A stretch of DNA of 32,710 bases from the NCBI GenBank assembly GCA_046156285.1, contig JAZNCB010000047.1, forward strand, positions 1-32,710, given 5' to 3'. The notes below the pieces were generated by a model that was not told the origin of the DNA, ran no database searches, and worked only from the letters and a program-made list of their open reading frames with translations. Each line of letters begins with the position of its first letter. Positions within the stretch are counted from its first letter, which is position 1. Both the position numbers and the translations under genes were made by a program. Below are positions 24,070-32,527 of the stretch, one piece after another. The DNA is from Eubacteriales bacterium. GTDB lineage: Bacteria > Bacillota > Clostridia > Oscillospirales > CAG-272.

Positions 24070-25398
24070 TTACTCGCCTTTATTTTTAATTGACCTGCGA
24101 AGAAGCGGTATTACCGCGAAAAGAAGAACGGTTGCAATGCTTGCCGCAAGGAATATTTCAGCGGCAGGAATATATGCCGTTGTCATAGTATCGGCAGAGC
24201 TTGAATCGGGGAGCTTGATATTCTTTGCCTTGTTAATAAGGTTTCCTATCATAGGTCCGACAACCATCGGTATAAGAACGCTGAATACCATTCGCACGCC
24301 TTGAAGCTTTCCGACCTCGCCCGCAGGAGTAAAGTCTCTGACTATCGAGCCTGCGAGAGCAGATACGAAGATATAACCGCATATCATAACCGCACCGGAT
24401 ATGCCGAAGAGAATAAGAGTTGCGCTCTTTCCCATTCCGCGTGAAAGATACATAGCGAAAAGTCCGACGGCAAAAATGGCGGTGGCAACGTAAAGCATTG
24501 TTGTCTTATTCTTTCTGTCGGAAAGACGTGTAAGATAGAGGTTAACACCTGCGCCGATAATAATTGCAACTGCGAAAACCGCGCTGTATTCAAGCACCGA
24601 AAATTTAAGATTTTCTTTCATATATATGATAAGAAAAGGCATAAAAATCTGGCACGCAATGCCGTAGATAAGCACTATAATGAGCGATATATAAAGCGGT
24701 GAGTTGCCCTTTACGACACTTGGCTTGAAGCCATAGAAAATGTCACGCATACTACCGTTTTTCGTAAGTGTCGGGCTATCCTTAATTGTAAAGAGACCGT
24801 ACACACCCGAGAGCGATATGAGAATACCTAAGATAAGAAAGAGTGTCGAATATCCGAGAGCCTCAACGAGAATTCCAAATCCACCCGCAACAATAAGAAT
24901 TGCGAGAAGCGGAAGAATTGCAAGAACGCCCTCTACCGTGCCGCGAAATTCTCGCTTCGTGTTGTCTGTAACCCACGCATTAAAGCTTGCATCGTTTGCA
25001 GTTGAGCCGAAAAGCGTCATAACACAGTCGCCAATGATTACGGTAGCGAGAGCAAATTTTACAGCCGTCTCTGCGCTTACACCGAAAACGCTTTCAAAAA
25101 GCGAGGGGGATATAAATCCAAAGAGCGCAACCGTAACTCCCCATATCATATATCCGTAGGCTATAAGTCTTCTTCTGTTTCCGATTTTATCCGAGAGAGC
25201 GCCCGCAACAAGAGTTGCAACGGTTGCCACGATACCCGAGAGCTGAACCATCAGCGTAATTGCCGAGAGGTCGGGTGCTATCTTATCGAACACGAAGAGA
25301 TTGAAATACATATTTTCGACAGACCAAGCAATCTGACCTATAAGACCAAACAGTATCAGCACTGTCCATTTGTCTTTACCGAATACTTCTTTATTCAT
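24070..25398 (-). CDS. MFS transporter (probable sugar/glycoside transporter)
   Basis: About 12 hydrophobic helices in 442 aa, with an MFS-like loop motif (SDKIGNRRR). The RBS is AAGGAAG. Confidence 0.8.
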   Translation of the reverse strand: MNKEVFGKDKWTVLILFGLIGQIAWSVENMYFNLFVFDKIAPDLSAITLMVQLSGIVATVATLVAGALSDKIGNRRRLIAYGYMIWGVTVALFGFISPSLFESVFGVSAETAVKFALATVIIGDCVMTLFGSTANDASFNAWVTDNTKREFRGTVEGVLAILPLLAILIVAGGFGILVEALGYSTLFLILGILISLSGVYGLFTIKDSPTLTKNGSMRDIFYGFKPSVVKGNSPLYISLIIVLIYGIACQIFMPFLIIYMKENLKFSVLEYSAVFAVAIIIGAGVNLYLTRLSDRKNKTTMLYVATAIFAVGLFAMYLSRGMGKSATLILFGISGAVMICGYIFVSALAGSIVRDFTPAGEVGKLQGVRMVFSVLIPMVVGPMIGNLINKAKNIKLPDSSSADTMTTAYIPAAEIFLAASIATVLLFAVIPLLRRSIKNKGE

Positions 25399-25465
25399 AT
25401 AGACTTCCTTTTTCTTTTTTTACTTATATTTTACCACAAAATTCTTAATATGTATACCCTTTTTC

Positions 25466-27535
25466 TTAAAAAAACAAAACGGAAACAAGTTTTATCAAAA
25501 AACAAAGCGTAAAGCCGACCGCCAAGGGCAGAAAAGCCGTGAGCAAGGTATATTTTTTGCTTTTCGTCTCCTTATATGCGGTAATTATCGAGGTTGAGCA
25601 AGGAAAATGAAAGAGCGCAAGCGCCGTAATCGAAATAGCGGTGAAAACCGTCCAACCCGAATTAAGAAAAATATCGGTCATAGCGGCAGTGCCAATATCA
25701 CCGCCGAAGCTCGCACCCGAGGTGTAGAGCATAACGAGAATAGGTAAAATTATTTCATTTGCAGGCAGTCCCAATAAAAAAGCAAGCAAAATCTTTCCGT
25801 CAAGGCAAAGAGCTCTGCCGAGCGGGTCTAAAAGCTCGGATATATATTCGGAAACTCCAAGCCTTGAAAGAATGAATATAAGAAGCCCCATCGGCGCGGC
25901 AACCGCAACCGCCCTCGCAAGAACACTTGCAACCTTATCCGAAAGCGAGCGAAAAATCACCTTAAAAAATGCAGGCTTCCTATACGGTGTAAGCTCTATC
26001 GTAAACGACGAGCGCTCCCCTGCCAAGAGGGTTTTGCCAAGAATTGCGGTCAGGATAAAGGTGACCGCTACCGAAAAGAGGATAAGAGCAAAAAGCGAAG
26101 CAAAAACAAGATACGTCGGGGCATTGCCAAGTGCTATAAGAAACGTCGCACAGATTAAGGAAATAAGCATTGGAAATCTTCCGTTGCAGGGCACAAGGCT
26201 ATTGGTTACAACCGCCAAAATTCTCTCGCGCCTCGAATCTATTATCCTTGCGCCGACAATACCCACCGCATTACAACCAAGCCCCATACACATAGTAAGC
26301 GACTGCTTTCCGCACGCACCGCACGCGGCAAACGGACGATCGAGATTATAAGCAACCCTCGGCAAATACCCGCTGTCTTCAAGAAGCGCAAACATTGGGA
26401 AAAATATTGCCATTGGCGGTAGCATTACCGCAATAACGGTAGCCGTCGTCCGATATATTCCGTATATAAAAGCCTCGGTAATTATTTTCGGAATTTTTAT
26501 ACTGTAAAAGAGTGAAAGAAGCTTTTCCTCTACGTAGCAAAAAAGCGACGATAGCCACCCCGACGGATATCCCGCAAGATAAAGAGTTATAAATAGCACA
26601 ACGGCCAATAGACACGCCATTATCGGAAAGGCGGTATATTTTCCCGTCACGAGACGGTCGATTTTCTCTTCCCTCTCTCTTGCAGAGGCCTTTTTCATAG
26701 TAGTTACCTCGCCTGCGATTTTCTCCGCCTCGGAAATAATTTTTCCTACGACGGCATCTCTGTATCCGTCAGCATCAACACCCTTTTCAAAAAGTCTTTT
26801 CCGAGCCTCGTCTATTTCTGCGATAAGCTCGTGCTCACACTCATCAATTCCGAGCTTTTGAAAAAGCTCCCGACGAAGCTCACCCTCGTCCTCAACAAGC
26901 CGCATAGCAAGCCATTTTTTTGAAAGCGTGGCAGTGTTATAGCGCGTAAGCGCCTTTTCAAGAGGCTCTATTGCCTCTGATATTTTATCGGGATATAAAA
27001 TCGAATATCTTTCCCTGCTCGTATAGTCGTATCGGTCGAGAGCTTCAAGAAGCTCCTTTATACTGCGCCGCTTGGTTGCAATAATCGGCACAACGGGACT
27101 TTTCAGAATACGGGAAAGCTTCTCAAAATCAACCGTTATACCGCGCGCCCGCGCCTCGTCTATTAAATTTACGGCAACGATAACCGCATCGCACACCTCG
27201 CATATCTGCAAAACAAGCGAGAGCGAATGTTCAAGCGAGGTCGCATCGCACACGACGACGGTGACGTCCGCGCCTCCAAAGCATATGTAATTTCTTGCAA
27301 CCTCTTCCTCAAATGAATGGGAAAGAAGCGAATACGTACCGGGAATATCCGCTACTGAATAAATCCTTTTTCTGAAAGCTACGTCGGCTACTGCCACGTC
27401 AACCGTTTTCCCCGCCCAATTTCCCGTGTGACGACGCATTCCCGTCAAAGAGTTGAAAAGTGTGCTCTTTCCAACGTTTGGATTTCCTGCAAGCGCAACA
27501 GAAATTTTATTTTCGCACGCAGCGTTTTCCCTCAT
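25466..27535 (-). CDS. feoB: Ferrous iron transporter B
   Basis: N-terminal G-domain motifs (GNPNVGKSTLFNSLTG, DIPGTYS) are followed by a large polytopic membrane domain. It lies directly downstream of feoA. Confidence 0.9.
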   Translation of the reverse strand: MRENAACENKISVALAGNPNVGKSTLFNSLTGMRRHTGNWAGKTVDVAVADVAFRKRIYSVADIPGTYSLLSHSFEEEVARNYICFGGADVTVVVCDATSLEHSLSLVLQICEVCDAVIVAVNLIDEARARGITVDFEKLSRILKSPVVPIIATKRRSIKELLEALDRYDYTSRERYSILYPDKISEAIEPLEKALTRYNTATLSKKWLAMRLVEDEGELRRELFQKLGIDECEHELIAEIDEARKRLFEKGVDADGYRDAVVGKIISEAEKIAGEVTTMKKASAREREEKIDRLVTGKYTAFPIMACLLAVVLFITLYLAGYPSGWLSSLFCYVEEKLLSLFYSIKIPKIITEAFIYGIYRTTATVIAVMLPPMAIFFPMFALLEDSGYLPRVAYNLDRPFAACGACGKQSLTMCMGLGCNAVGIVGARIIDSRRERILAVVTNSLVPCNGRFPMLISLICATFLIALGNAPTYLVFASLFALILFSVAVTFILTAILGKTLLAGERSSFTIELTPYRKPAFFKVIFRSLSDKVASVLARAVAVAAPMGLLIFILSRLGVSEYISELLDPLGRALCLDGKILLAFLLGLPANEIILPILVMLYTSGASFGGDIGTAAMTDIFLNSGWTVFTAISITALALFHFPCSTSIITAYKETKSKKYTLLTAFLPLAVGFTLCFLIKLVSVLFF

Positions 27536-27548
27536 ATTCGCCCCTCCG

Positions 27549-27779
27549 TCATTCTATTATTATTCCGTAGGCATCGCGGCCGCGTATGGCAACGATAGAG
27601 CCTCTTATAAGATATGCCCGAGGGTCTCCAAACGGACTTTTTCCGACGCAGCTGACATGTGTGCCCGGCGCAATTCCAATATCCAGAAACCGCCTGCGCA
27701 TACTGCCCTCCGTCACAAGCCCCACAACCCTGCCGCACTCGCCCACCGAAAGCTCATTTAATCTTTTTTCAGTGTCCAT
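27549..27779 (-). CDS. feoA: Ferrous iron transport protein A
   Basis: A 76-aa SH3-like FeoA pattern is present (LSVGECGRVVGL...RRRFLDIGIAPGTHV...GDPRAYLIRGSIVAIRGRDA). Confidence 0.85.
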   Translation of the reverse strand: MDTEKRLNELSVGECGRVVGLVTEGSMRRRFLDIGIAPGTHVSCVGKSPFGDPRAYLIRGSIVAIRGRDAYGIIIE

Positions 27780-27893
27780 TTCTCTTTTGGCAACCTCTAT
27801 ATTATGTTATTCAGGCAAAGGTTAATTGTTAATTCAATTTTTTCATAAAAAACAAAAACAAAAAATATATTATTAAAGAAAGGAGGATATATT

Positions 27894-28136
27894 ATGGATT
27901 TTCTTAAAAAGTTTTGGCCTACTCCCTTTGGAATTAAGAAAAACGATTTGAAGTCCTTTGTAGTTCAGCTTCTTATTTTCATTATAGCTTGCGCTGTCGT
28001 TGGAGTTCTTATCGGAGTACTCAGCTCAATTCCCGTTCTCGGAGTTATTTTCTGGATTCTTGGCGGACTCCTTGAAATTTACGGAATTGTAGGAATTGTG
28101 CTTTGTATTTTAGTATATCTGGACATATTAAAATAA
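27894..28136 (+). CDS. Small membrane protein (80 aa, two TM helices), function unknown
   Basis: It has a strong RBS (AAAGGAGGA) 8 nt upstream and two clear hydrophobic helices. A terminator follows. Confidence 0.6.
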   Translation: MDFLKKFWPTPFGIKKNDLKSFVVQLLIFIIACAVVGVLIGVLSSIPVLGVIFWILGGLLEIYGIVGIVLCILVYLDILK

Positions 28137-28158
28137 TAATTTCCTATACAAAAACAGC

Positions 28159-28186
28159 AAAAAGCGAGCCTTTTGGCTCGCTTTTT
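28159..28186. terminator. Bidirectional intrinsic terminator
   Basis: AAAAAGCGAGCC-tttt-GGCTCGCTTTTT. Confidence 0.8.
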
Positions 28187-28197
28187 GTTTCGCTCCA

Positions 28198-29448
28198 TTA
28201 AACTCCGACAAATGCGTTGTTCTTTTTAAGTGTTTCTTGAAGCTCTTTTACGTCTACCTCGCGGACCGCTTTACCGGATTTAATTGCAAGGGCGGTTGCT
28301 GTGCCTGCCGCCTCGCCTATACAGCACACGACCGGCATAATTCTGTAAGATGCCTGAGCATAGTGGTCGGAGGAGATGCATCTTCCCGCAACGAGAAGAT
28401 TTTCCGCGCCCTTTGGAATAAGGCATCTATATGGAATTGTGTAATACTCGTCCTGCTTAAAATAATAGTGGCTTGTGCCTGCTCCGTCGGGGCTGTGAAT
28501 ATCCATATCGTAGTTGCAAGCAACAACGGAATCGTCAAACTTTTTGCAATTCTTGCAGTCCTCGCCCGTCAGGACGTATTCTCCGACAATCATTCGGCTT
28601 TCTCTTACACCGATTTCCATTGCCGTTGACATAAGGTAGCTGTTTTCAAGTCCGTCTGCGTGCTTTTTCAAAAACTCGTACATTTCAAAAACCTGCTTAC
28701 GAGCAATGATTTCCGCCTCGGAAAACTCTACGGGGTCGGTCGGATTTTTCTTTACTACTCTCGTAGTATTGAAATGGAGTGCGTTATTTATAGGAAGTCT
28801 GAAATGAAGAATATTCTCTCGCGGATTTATGAATTCGCCTGCAAGGTAATGCTCGGTGTATTCCTTTTTCATACGCTCTCTGCCTGCATAGAATTTCTCA
28901 ACGTCAACGTTTCCAAGACGGAAGCAAAGCGTCATAGGCTGACAAAGATGATCTCCCTCTCTGCCAAGCACGGTAGGACAGCCTGCAAGATATGCAAGCT
29001 GGGCATCTCCCGTTGTGTCGATGAAGTTATCTGCCTCTATTACCGTCTCACCGCTCTTTGTCGCAAGAGAGACCGACACGATACGCTCGCCGTCCATATT
29101 CGCCCGAAAGATATATGCGTGATAAAGAAGCGTTACACCTGCTTCTATCATCATTTCGTTAAGAATGTATTTAAGCTCCTCTTCAAGAAATCTGCCCTTT
29201 GTAAGAGCATCTCTCGCTTCAAGGCGCTCCTCAATTTCCGCAAAAATTCCCGCGGAAAGCTGGGTTACAACTCCGTCAACCTCAATAAAGCTCGGCATAA
29301 ACGGATTAACGAGGGCGTTTGTCGCCGCACCGCCAAGACAGTTTCCCTTTTCGATTAAGACAACGCTCGCTCCCCCTCTTGCCGCGGAGAGAGCCGCGCC
29401 AACACCTGCCAAGCCGCCACCAACGACGGCAACGTCAAACTTTTTCAT
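28198..29448 (-). CDS. FAD-dependent oxidoreductase (FAD_oxidored/PF12831-like)
   Basis: The N-terminal dinucleotide-binding motif is FDVAVVGGGLAGVGAALSAARGGASVVLIEK. The RBS is GGAGG. Confidence 0.75.
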   Translation of the reverse strand: MKKFDVAVVGGGLAGVGAALSAARGGASVVLIEKGNCLGGAATNALVNPFMPSFIEVDGVVTQLSAGIFAEIEERLEARDALTKGRFLEEELKYILNEMMIEAGVTLLYHAYIFRANMDGERIVSVSLATKSGETVIEADNFIDTTGDAQLAYLAGCPTVLGREGDHLCQPMTLCFRLGNVDVEKFYAGRERMKKEYTEHYLAGEFINPRENILHFRLPINNALHFNTTRVVKKNPTDPVEFSEAEIIARKQVFEMYEFLKKHADGLENSYLMSTAMEIGVRESRMIVGEYVLTGEDCKNCKKFDDSVVACNYDMDIHSPDGAGTSHYYFKQDEYYTIPYRCLIPKGAENLLVAGRCISSDHYAQASYRIMPVVCCIGEAAGTATALAIKSGKAVREVDVKELQETLKKNNAFVGV

Positions 29449-29529
29449 AAAAGACCTCCAAGGTTGTTTTTACTAACTCTATTTTACACCCAATTTATTT
29501 AATTATCTTATACAAAAGATAAAAAACAG

Positions 29530-29558
29530 TTGCACAAAGGAAACAAATATGATATAAT
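29530..29558 (+). promoter_or_regulatory. SigA-type promoter of the PocR-AraC regulator
   Basis: TTGCAC (29530-29535), a 17-nt spacer, then TATAAT (29553-29558) with a TGn extended -10 (TGA at 29550-29552). The inverted repeat TTATCTT-N6-AAGATAA lies at 29503-29522. Confidence 0.5.
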
Positions 29559-29587
29559 TAAGAAAAAATGTGTAGTTAGGATATCAA

Positions 29588-30433
29588 ATGCAAAGCTTAC
29601 AGTTTCTTATAGATATGCTGACAAAGGGGCGGAAGCTTCATATCAGTATTCTTGACGTAAACGGAATATTAAACACTGACGCATGCTCTTTGCGGTTTGA
29701 AAACATTATTCATTCAAAGGAATTTTGCAAAATTTCAAAATCGACGGAAAAGGGATTTCGTCTCTGTCTTTTTTGCAAGAGACTTGCTAACGAAAAGGCG
29801 ATAAAAGAGAAAAAAGCATTTTCCGGCTATTGCCCCTACGGACTTTACGAGGCGGCAGCGCCCGTAGTGATAGGCGATGCCGTTTTTGCGGTTGTTTACG
29901 TTGGAAATGCCATTATCAACGAGGCAGAAACCGAGAGGAGAATAGATAAATCCTGCCTGCGCACAGGAGTGAATAAAGAGGCGCTTTTTGAAAAAAAGAG
30001 CGAATGTGAATATCTTGATAGTGAAGATGAGCTTCTCGGAATTGCCGAAATTATAGCCGATTATCTCAAAGTGCTCTATTCAAAAGAACCGAGAATTTCA
30101 CAAAAAAATCACTGGCTTGTTTCAGCGCTGAGGCAATATGCCGACGTCGCCTGCCAATTAAACCCCACCTTAAAGGAGCTTTCCGTCGTCTATCATAAAA
30201 ATGAAAAATATATGGGCAGGCTATTCAAAAGCGCGATAGGCGTTTCCTTTCACGAATACTGCCTCTTGGCAAAGCTTGCGCGCGCGGCAGAAATGCTCCT
30301 CAAAACCGAGTACAAGGCTATCGACGTTGCCCTTGAATGCGGATTTAACAATATCCCATATTTCAACCGAGCGTTTAAGAAACAATACGGTGTAACTCCG
30401 AGCAAGTACCGTTACGAAAATAAGCGAAGCTGA
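29588..30433 (+). CDS. AraC family regulator with an N-terminal PocR-like sensory domain
   Basis: The N-terminus has Cys-containing PocR-like features (FCKISK...CLFCKR...GYCPYGLYEAAAPVVIGDAVFAVVYVGN). The C-terminal AraC HTH is present (GFNNIPYFNRAFKKQYGVTPSKYR). Confidence 0.75.
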   Translation: MQSLQFLIDMLTKGRKLHISILDVNGILNTDACSLRFENIIHSKEFCKISKSTEKGFRLCLFCKRLANEKAIKEKKAFSGYCPYGLYEAAAPVVIGDAVFAVVYVGNAIINEAETERRIDKSCLRTGVNKEALFEKKSECEYLDSEDELLGIAEIIADYLKVLYSKEPRISQKNHWLVSALRQYADVACQLNPTLKELSVVYHKNEKYMGRLFKSAIGVSFHEYCLLAKLARAAEMLLKTEYKAIDVALECGFNNIPYFNRAFKKQYGVTPSKYRYENKRS

Positions 30434-30459
30434 CGTTCAGTCGGCTTCGCCTATTTTTA
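30424..30459. terminator. Bidirectional terminator overlapping the regulator stop codon
   Basis: GCGAAGCTGAC-gttca-GTCGGCTTCGC is followed by CTATTTTTA. On the opposite strand a T-rich tract follows as well. Confidence 0.6.
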
Positions 30460-31827
30460 TATTATTTTAACCTTGTCGGCTATTTTCGTGTTTTCATCGG
30501 TAGCTACGCAATTTGTAGCCTTAACCTCAACTTCACTGTTTCCGCCGAAAATATAAGAAAGTTCCTTTCCGCTGACAACGTTTGATATAACGAGGTTTTC
30601 CGCCTTTGAATTATTAATGTGAATTGCATTAAGCTCGTCTATCGTGAAGCGGTGGAATTTGCTGGTAAAGCCTAAAAAATCGCGCGCGGGCTCGGCCGTC
30701 GTGCCGTATATAAGCTTGTCAACGAATACGTTTTTAAGCTCACAGCCGTTGAAATACATTCCTATACCGCAGTCGTCGGTCATCATTATATTTTCGAAAA
30801 CCGAGTCGCAAAGTGTGTTGGCAACGTATACGCCAAACATCGCTCTCGTCACGACGTCTCGAATTGTTATATTTCTGACCTCGCCAAGCGTATTAAGTCT
30901 TGACGGATAGTCGCAAAGCGCACCTATCATAACACCGCAGAGCGCTCTATGCTCGGAGTTTTTCGGAGTGAGGTCAACAACGTTTGATATCTGCACGTTG
31001 TATATTGCGTTTCCGCCTCTGCTGAGTATTCTCACCATATCGCAAAGGTCGGGCTGATAGGAGCGAATATTTTTGACGATTATATCGTGAATTGAGGCGT
31101 CCATATCAGAAGCGGAATTTCCGCCCACAAGGCTCGGTGTTCCGAAGTTTGTAAGCGCTATCATATCGTCTCCCGTCACACCCGATATGTTTTCAACAAT
31201 GAAGTTGTTACACCCCTCGCGTATATCAATTCCGTCCTGATTAGGAACGTTTGCCTGCGCCTTGAAAACGATATCGCTTATGTGTCCGTCCGAGCAAAAC
31301 TCAAAGCACATACCCCAATATCTCTGGTTTATAAATTTAAGGCCGGATACCGAAATTCCCTCAACGTTACAGAAATTAAGACCGCGGTTTACCGCAATGC
31401 TCGTCTGTCCCTTAACCATTGGAACTCTTCCGACATAGTTCTTGTTTTCGTCGTAAATATTGAAGCTTCGCTCGAAAATTCCGTTATGGTTTCCGCCGTC
31501 AAGCACCGTGTTTCCGACACCGCGAAGCGTTATATCGTAGTCCCTCGTTTCTCTTCTCCACCATTTTTCCTTTGCCGATGCTTCGTTCTCGAAAAAGTGG
31601 ATAAAGGTATCGTCCATAAGCCTTATATGAGCATTGTCGAGAAGGACGTAGCTACCCGTATAAAGAACTATCGTCTTATCAATTTCCCAAAGTCTTTTTC
31701 CCGTCTTTTCGTTAATAGCGGGAATTACGACCGAAGCGCCCGTCTCGCGCGCGGCATCAACTGCCGCCTGAATTCTCTTGGCGTCACTCGGAAGATGCAA
31801 AAAGTCGTTAGGTGAATACGTCGTCAT
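30457..31827 (-). CDS. Right-handed parallel beta-helix protein, GH28-like (pectin-lyase fold)
   Basis: NQDGIDI and GDDMIAL resemble the GH28 NTDGID and GDDCIA motifs. I did not see the third GH28 motif (G.HG.S.GS), so family membership is tentative. The RBS is GGGAG. Confidence 0.6.
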   Translation of the reverse strand: MTTYSPNDFLHLPSDAKRIQAAVDAARETGASVVIPAINEKTGKRLWEIDKTIVLYTGSYVLLDNAHIRLMDDTFIHFFENEASAKEKWWRRETRDYDITLRGVGNTVLDGGNHNGIFERSFNIYDENKNYVGRVPMVKGQTSIAVNRGLNFCNVEGISVSGLKFINQRYWGMCFEFCSDGHISDIVFKAQANVPNQDGIDIREGCNNFIVENISGVTGDDMIALTNFGTPSLVGGNSASDMDASIHDIIVKNIRSYQPDLCDMVRILSRGGNAIYNVQISNVVDLTPKNSEHRALCGVMIGALCDYPSRLNTLGEVRNITIRDVVTRAMFGVYVANTLCDSVFENIMMTDDCGIGMYFNGCELKNVFVDKLIYGTTAEPARDFLGFTSKFHRFTIDELNAIHINNSKAENLVISNVVSGKELSYIFGGNSEVEVKATNCVATDENTKIADKVKII

Positions 31828-31857
31828 ATAAATCTCCCTCGCGTTTTCTTTAACAAT

Positions 31858-31886
31858 ACTATATCACACCGCACGCAAAATGTAAA
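31858..31886 (-). promoter_or_regulatory. Candidate promoter of the GH28-like gene
   Basis: On the minus strand, TTTACA (31886-31881) is followed by a 17-nt spacer and TATAGT (31863-31858). The -10 overlaps one arm of the GTGTGATATA inverted repeat. Confidence 0.45.
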
Positions 31887-31984
31887 GCGGTTTCCCAATT
31901 TCGAAAAAATTTCGTATATAATACAAAAGCGGAACTATCGCCGTGTGATATAACCACCTTGATAATTCCGCTCTTTTCGGTTTT

Positions 31985-32140
31985 AATGAAATGTTTTGCT
32001 TGGCGCAAAACTTGAAATGAAATAACTCCCCAATGCGCCGGGGCGCATTTCATTCGCCTTGGCGAATTTCAAGCACGAAGTGCATTTCACAAATCCCTTG
32101 CGGGATTTATTTCATTGCGTTGCGCCATCTGGCGCAACGC
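31985..32140 (-). repeat. Hairpin array with conserved WTGAAAT linkers (array B)
   Basis: Read on the minus strand from the ASRT-like stop: GCGTTGCGCCagatGGCGCAACGC-AATGAAAT-AAATCCCgcaaGGGATTT-GTGAAAT-GCACttcGTGC-TTGAAAT-TCGCcaagGCGA-ATGAAAT-GCGCcccgGCGC. One unit in the opposite orientation follows at 31985-32023. Confidence 0.6.
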
Positions 32141-32512
32141 TTAAAATCCGTAGCCGGCAGGGCTGTAGTACGCCATGTTAGTCTGTCTTACGTCAAGTCT
32201 GCCAAAGCACGCAACGACGGGAACGTCTGAAATTACGTGGATAGCATACTGACCAAAGGGAATTTGATATCCCTCCTTGCCTATCGGCTTATCAAGACGA
32301 AGGCAGGTGGTTCTCTCTGCGTTAAGATCAAGAGTAATCTTGTCGTAAGCAGGCTTATCCTCGAAAAGAATCTTAATTCTGATATGCGCGTCCTCGCTAC
32401 CAACGTTGGTAATCATGAGCGCCTCGTGTCCCTGAAATTCGGGGTTGTTGCCCTGGGGCGGAAGGTCTCCGTCACAGAATACCCAGTTTCTTTTTCCGCA
32501 TTCGATATTCAT
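32141..32512 (-). CDS. Sensory rhodopsin transducer (ASRT)-like small beta-sandwich protein
   Basis: At 123 aa it is collinear with Anabaena ASRT: the W..C.G..PP.GN.PE region, EDAHIRIKILF versus EDAHVEITIYY, and GRLDVRQ versus TRLDSRQ. The RBS is GGAGGA. Confidence 0.7.
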   Translation of the reverse strand: MNIECGKRNWVFCDGDLPPQGNNPEFQGHEALMITNVGSEDAHIRIKILFEDKPAYDKITLDLNAERTTCLRLDKPIGKEGYQIPFGQYAIHVISDVPVVACFGRLDVRQTNMAYYSPAGYGF

Positions 32513-32527
32513 CTTTAATTCCTCCGA

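Noticed and set aside
27821-27834. A Fur box upstream of feoAB (tandem GTTAATT GTTAATT)
   Set aside because: This AT-rich tandem heptamer only loosely resembles the 19-bp Fur consensus GATAATGATAATCATTATC. I cannot support an operator call without a matrix score or conservation.
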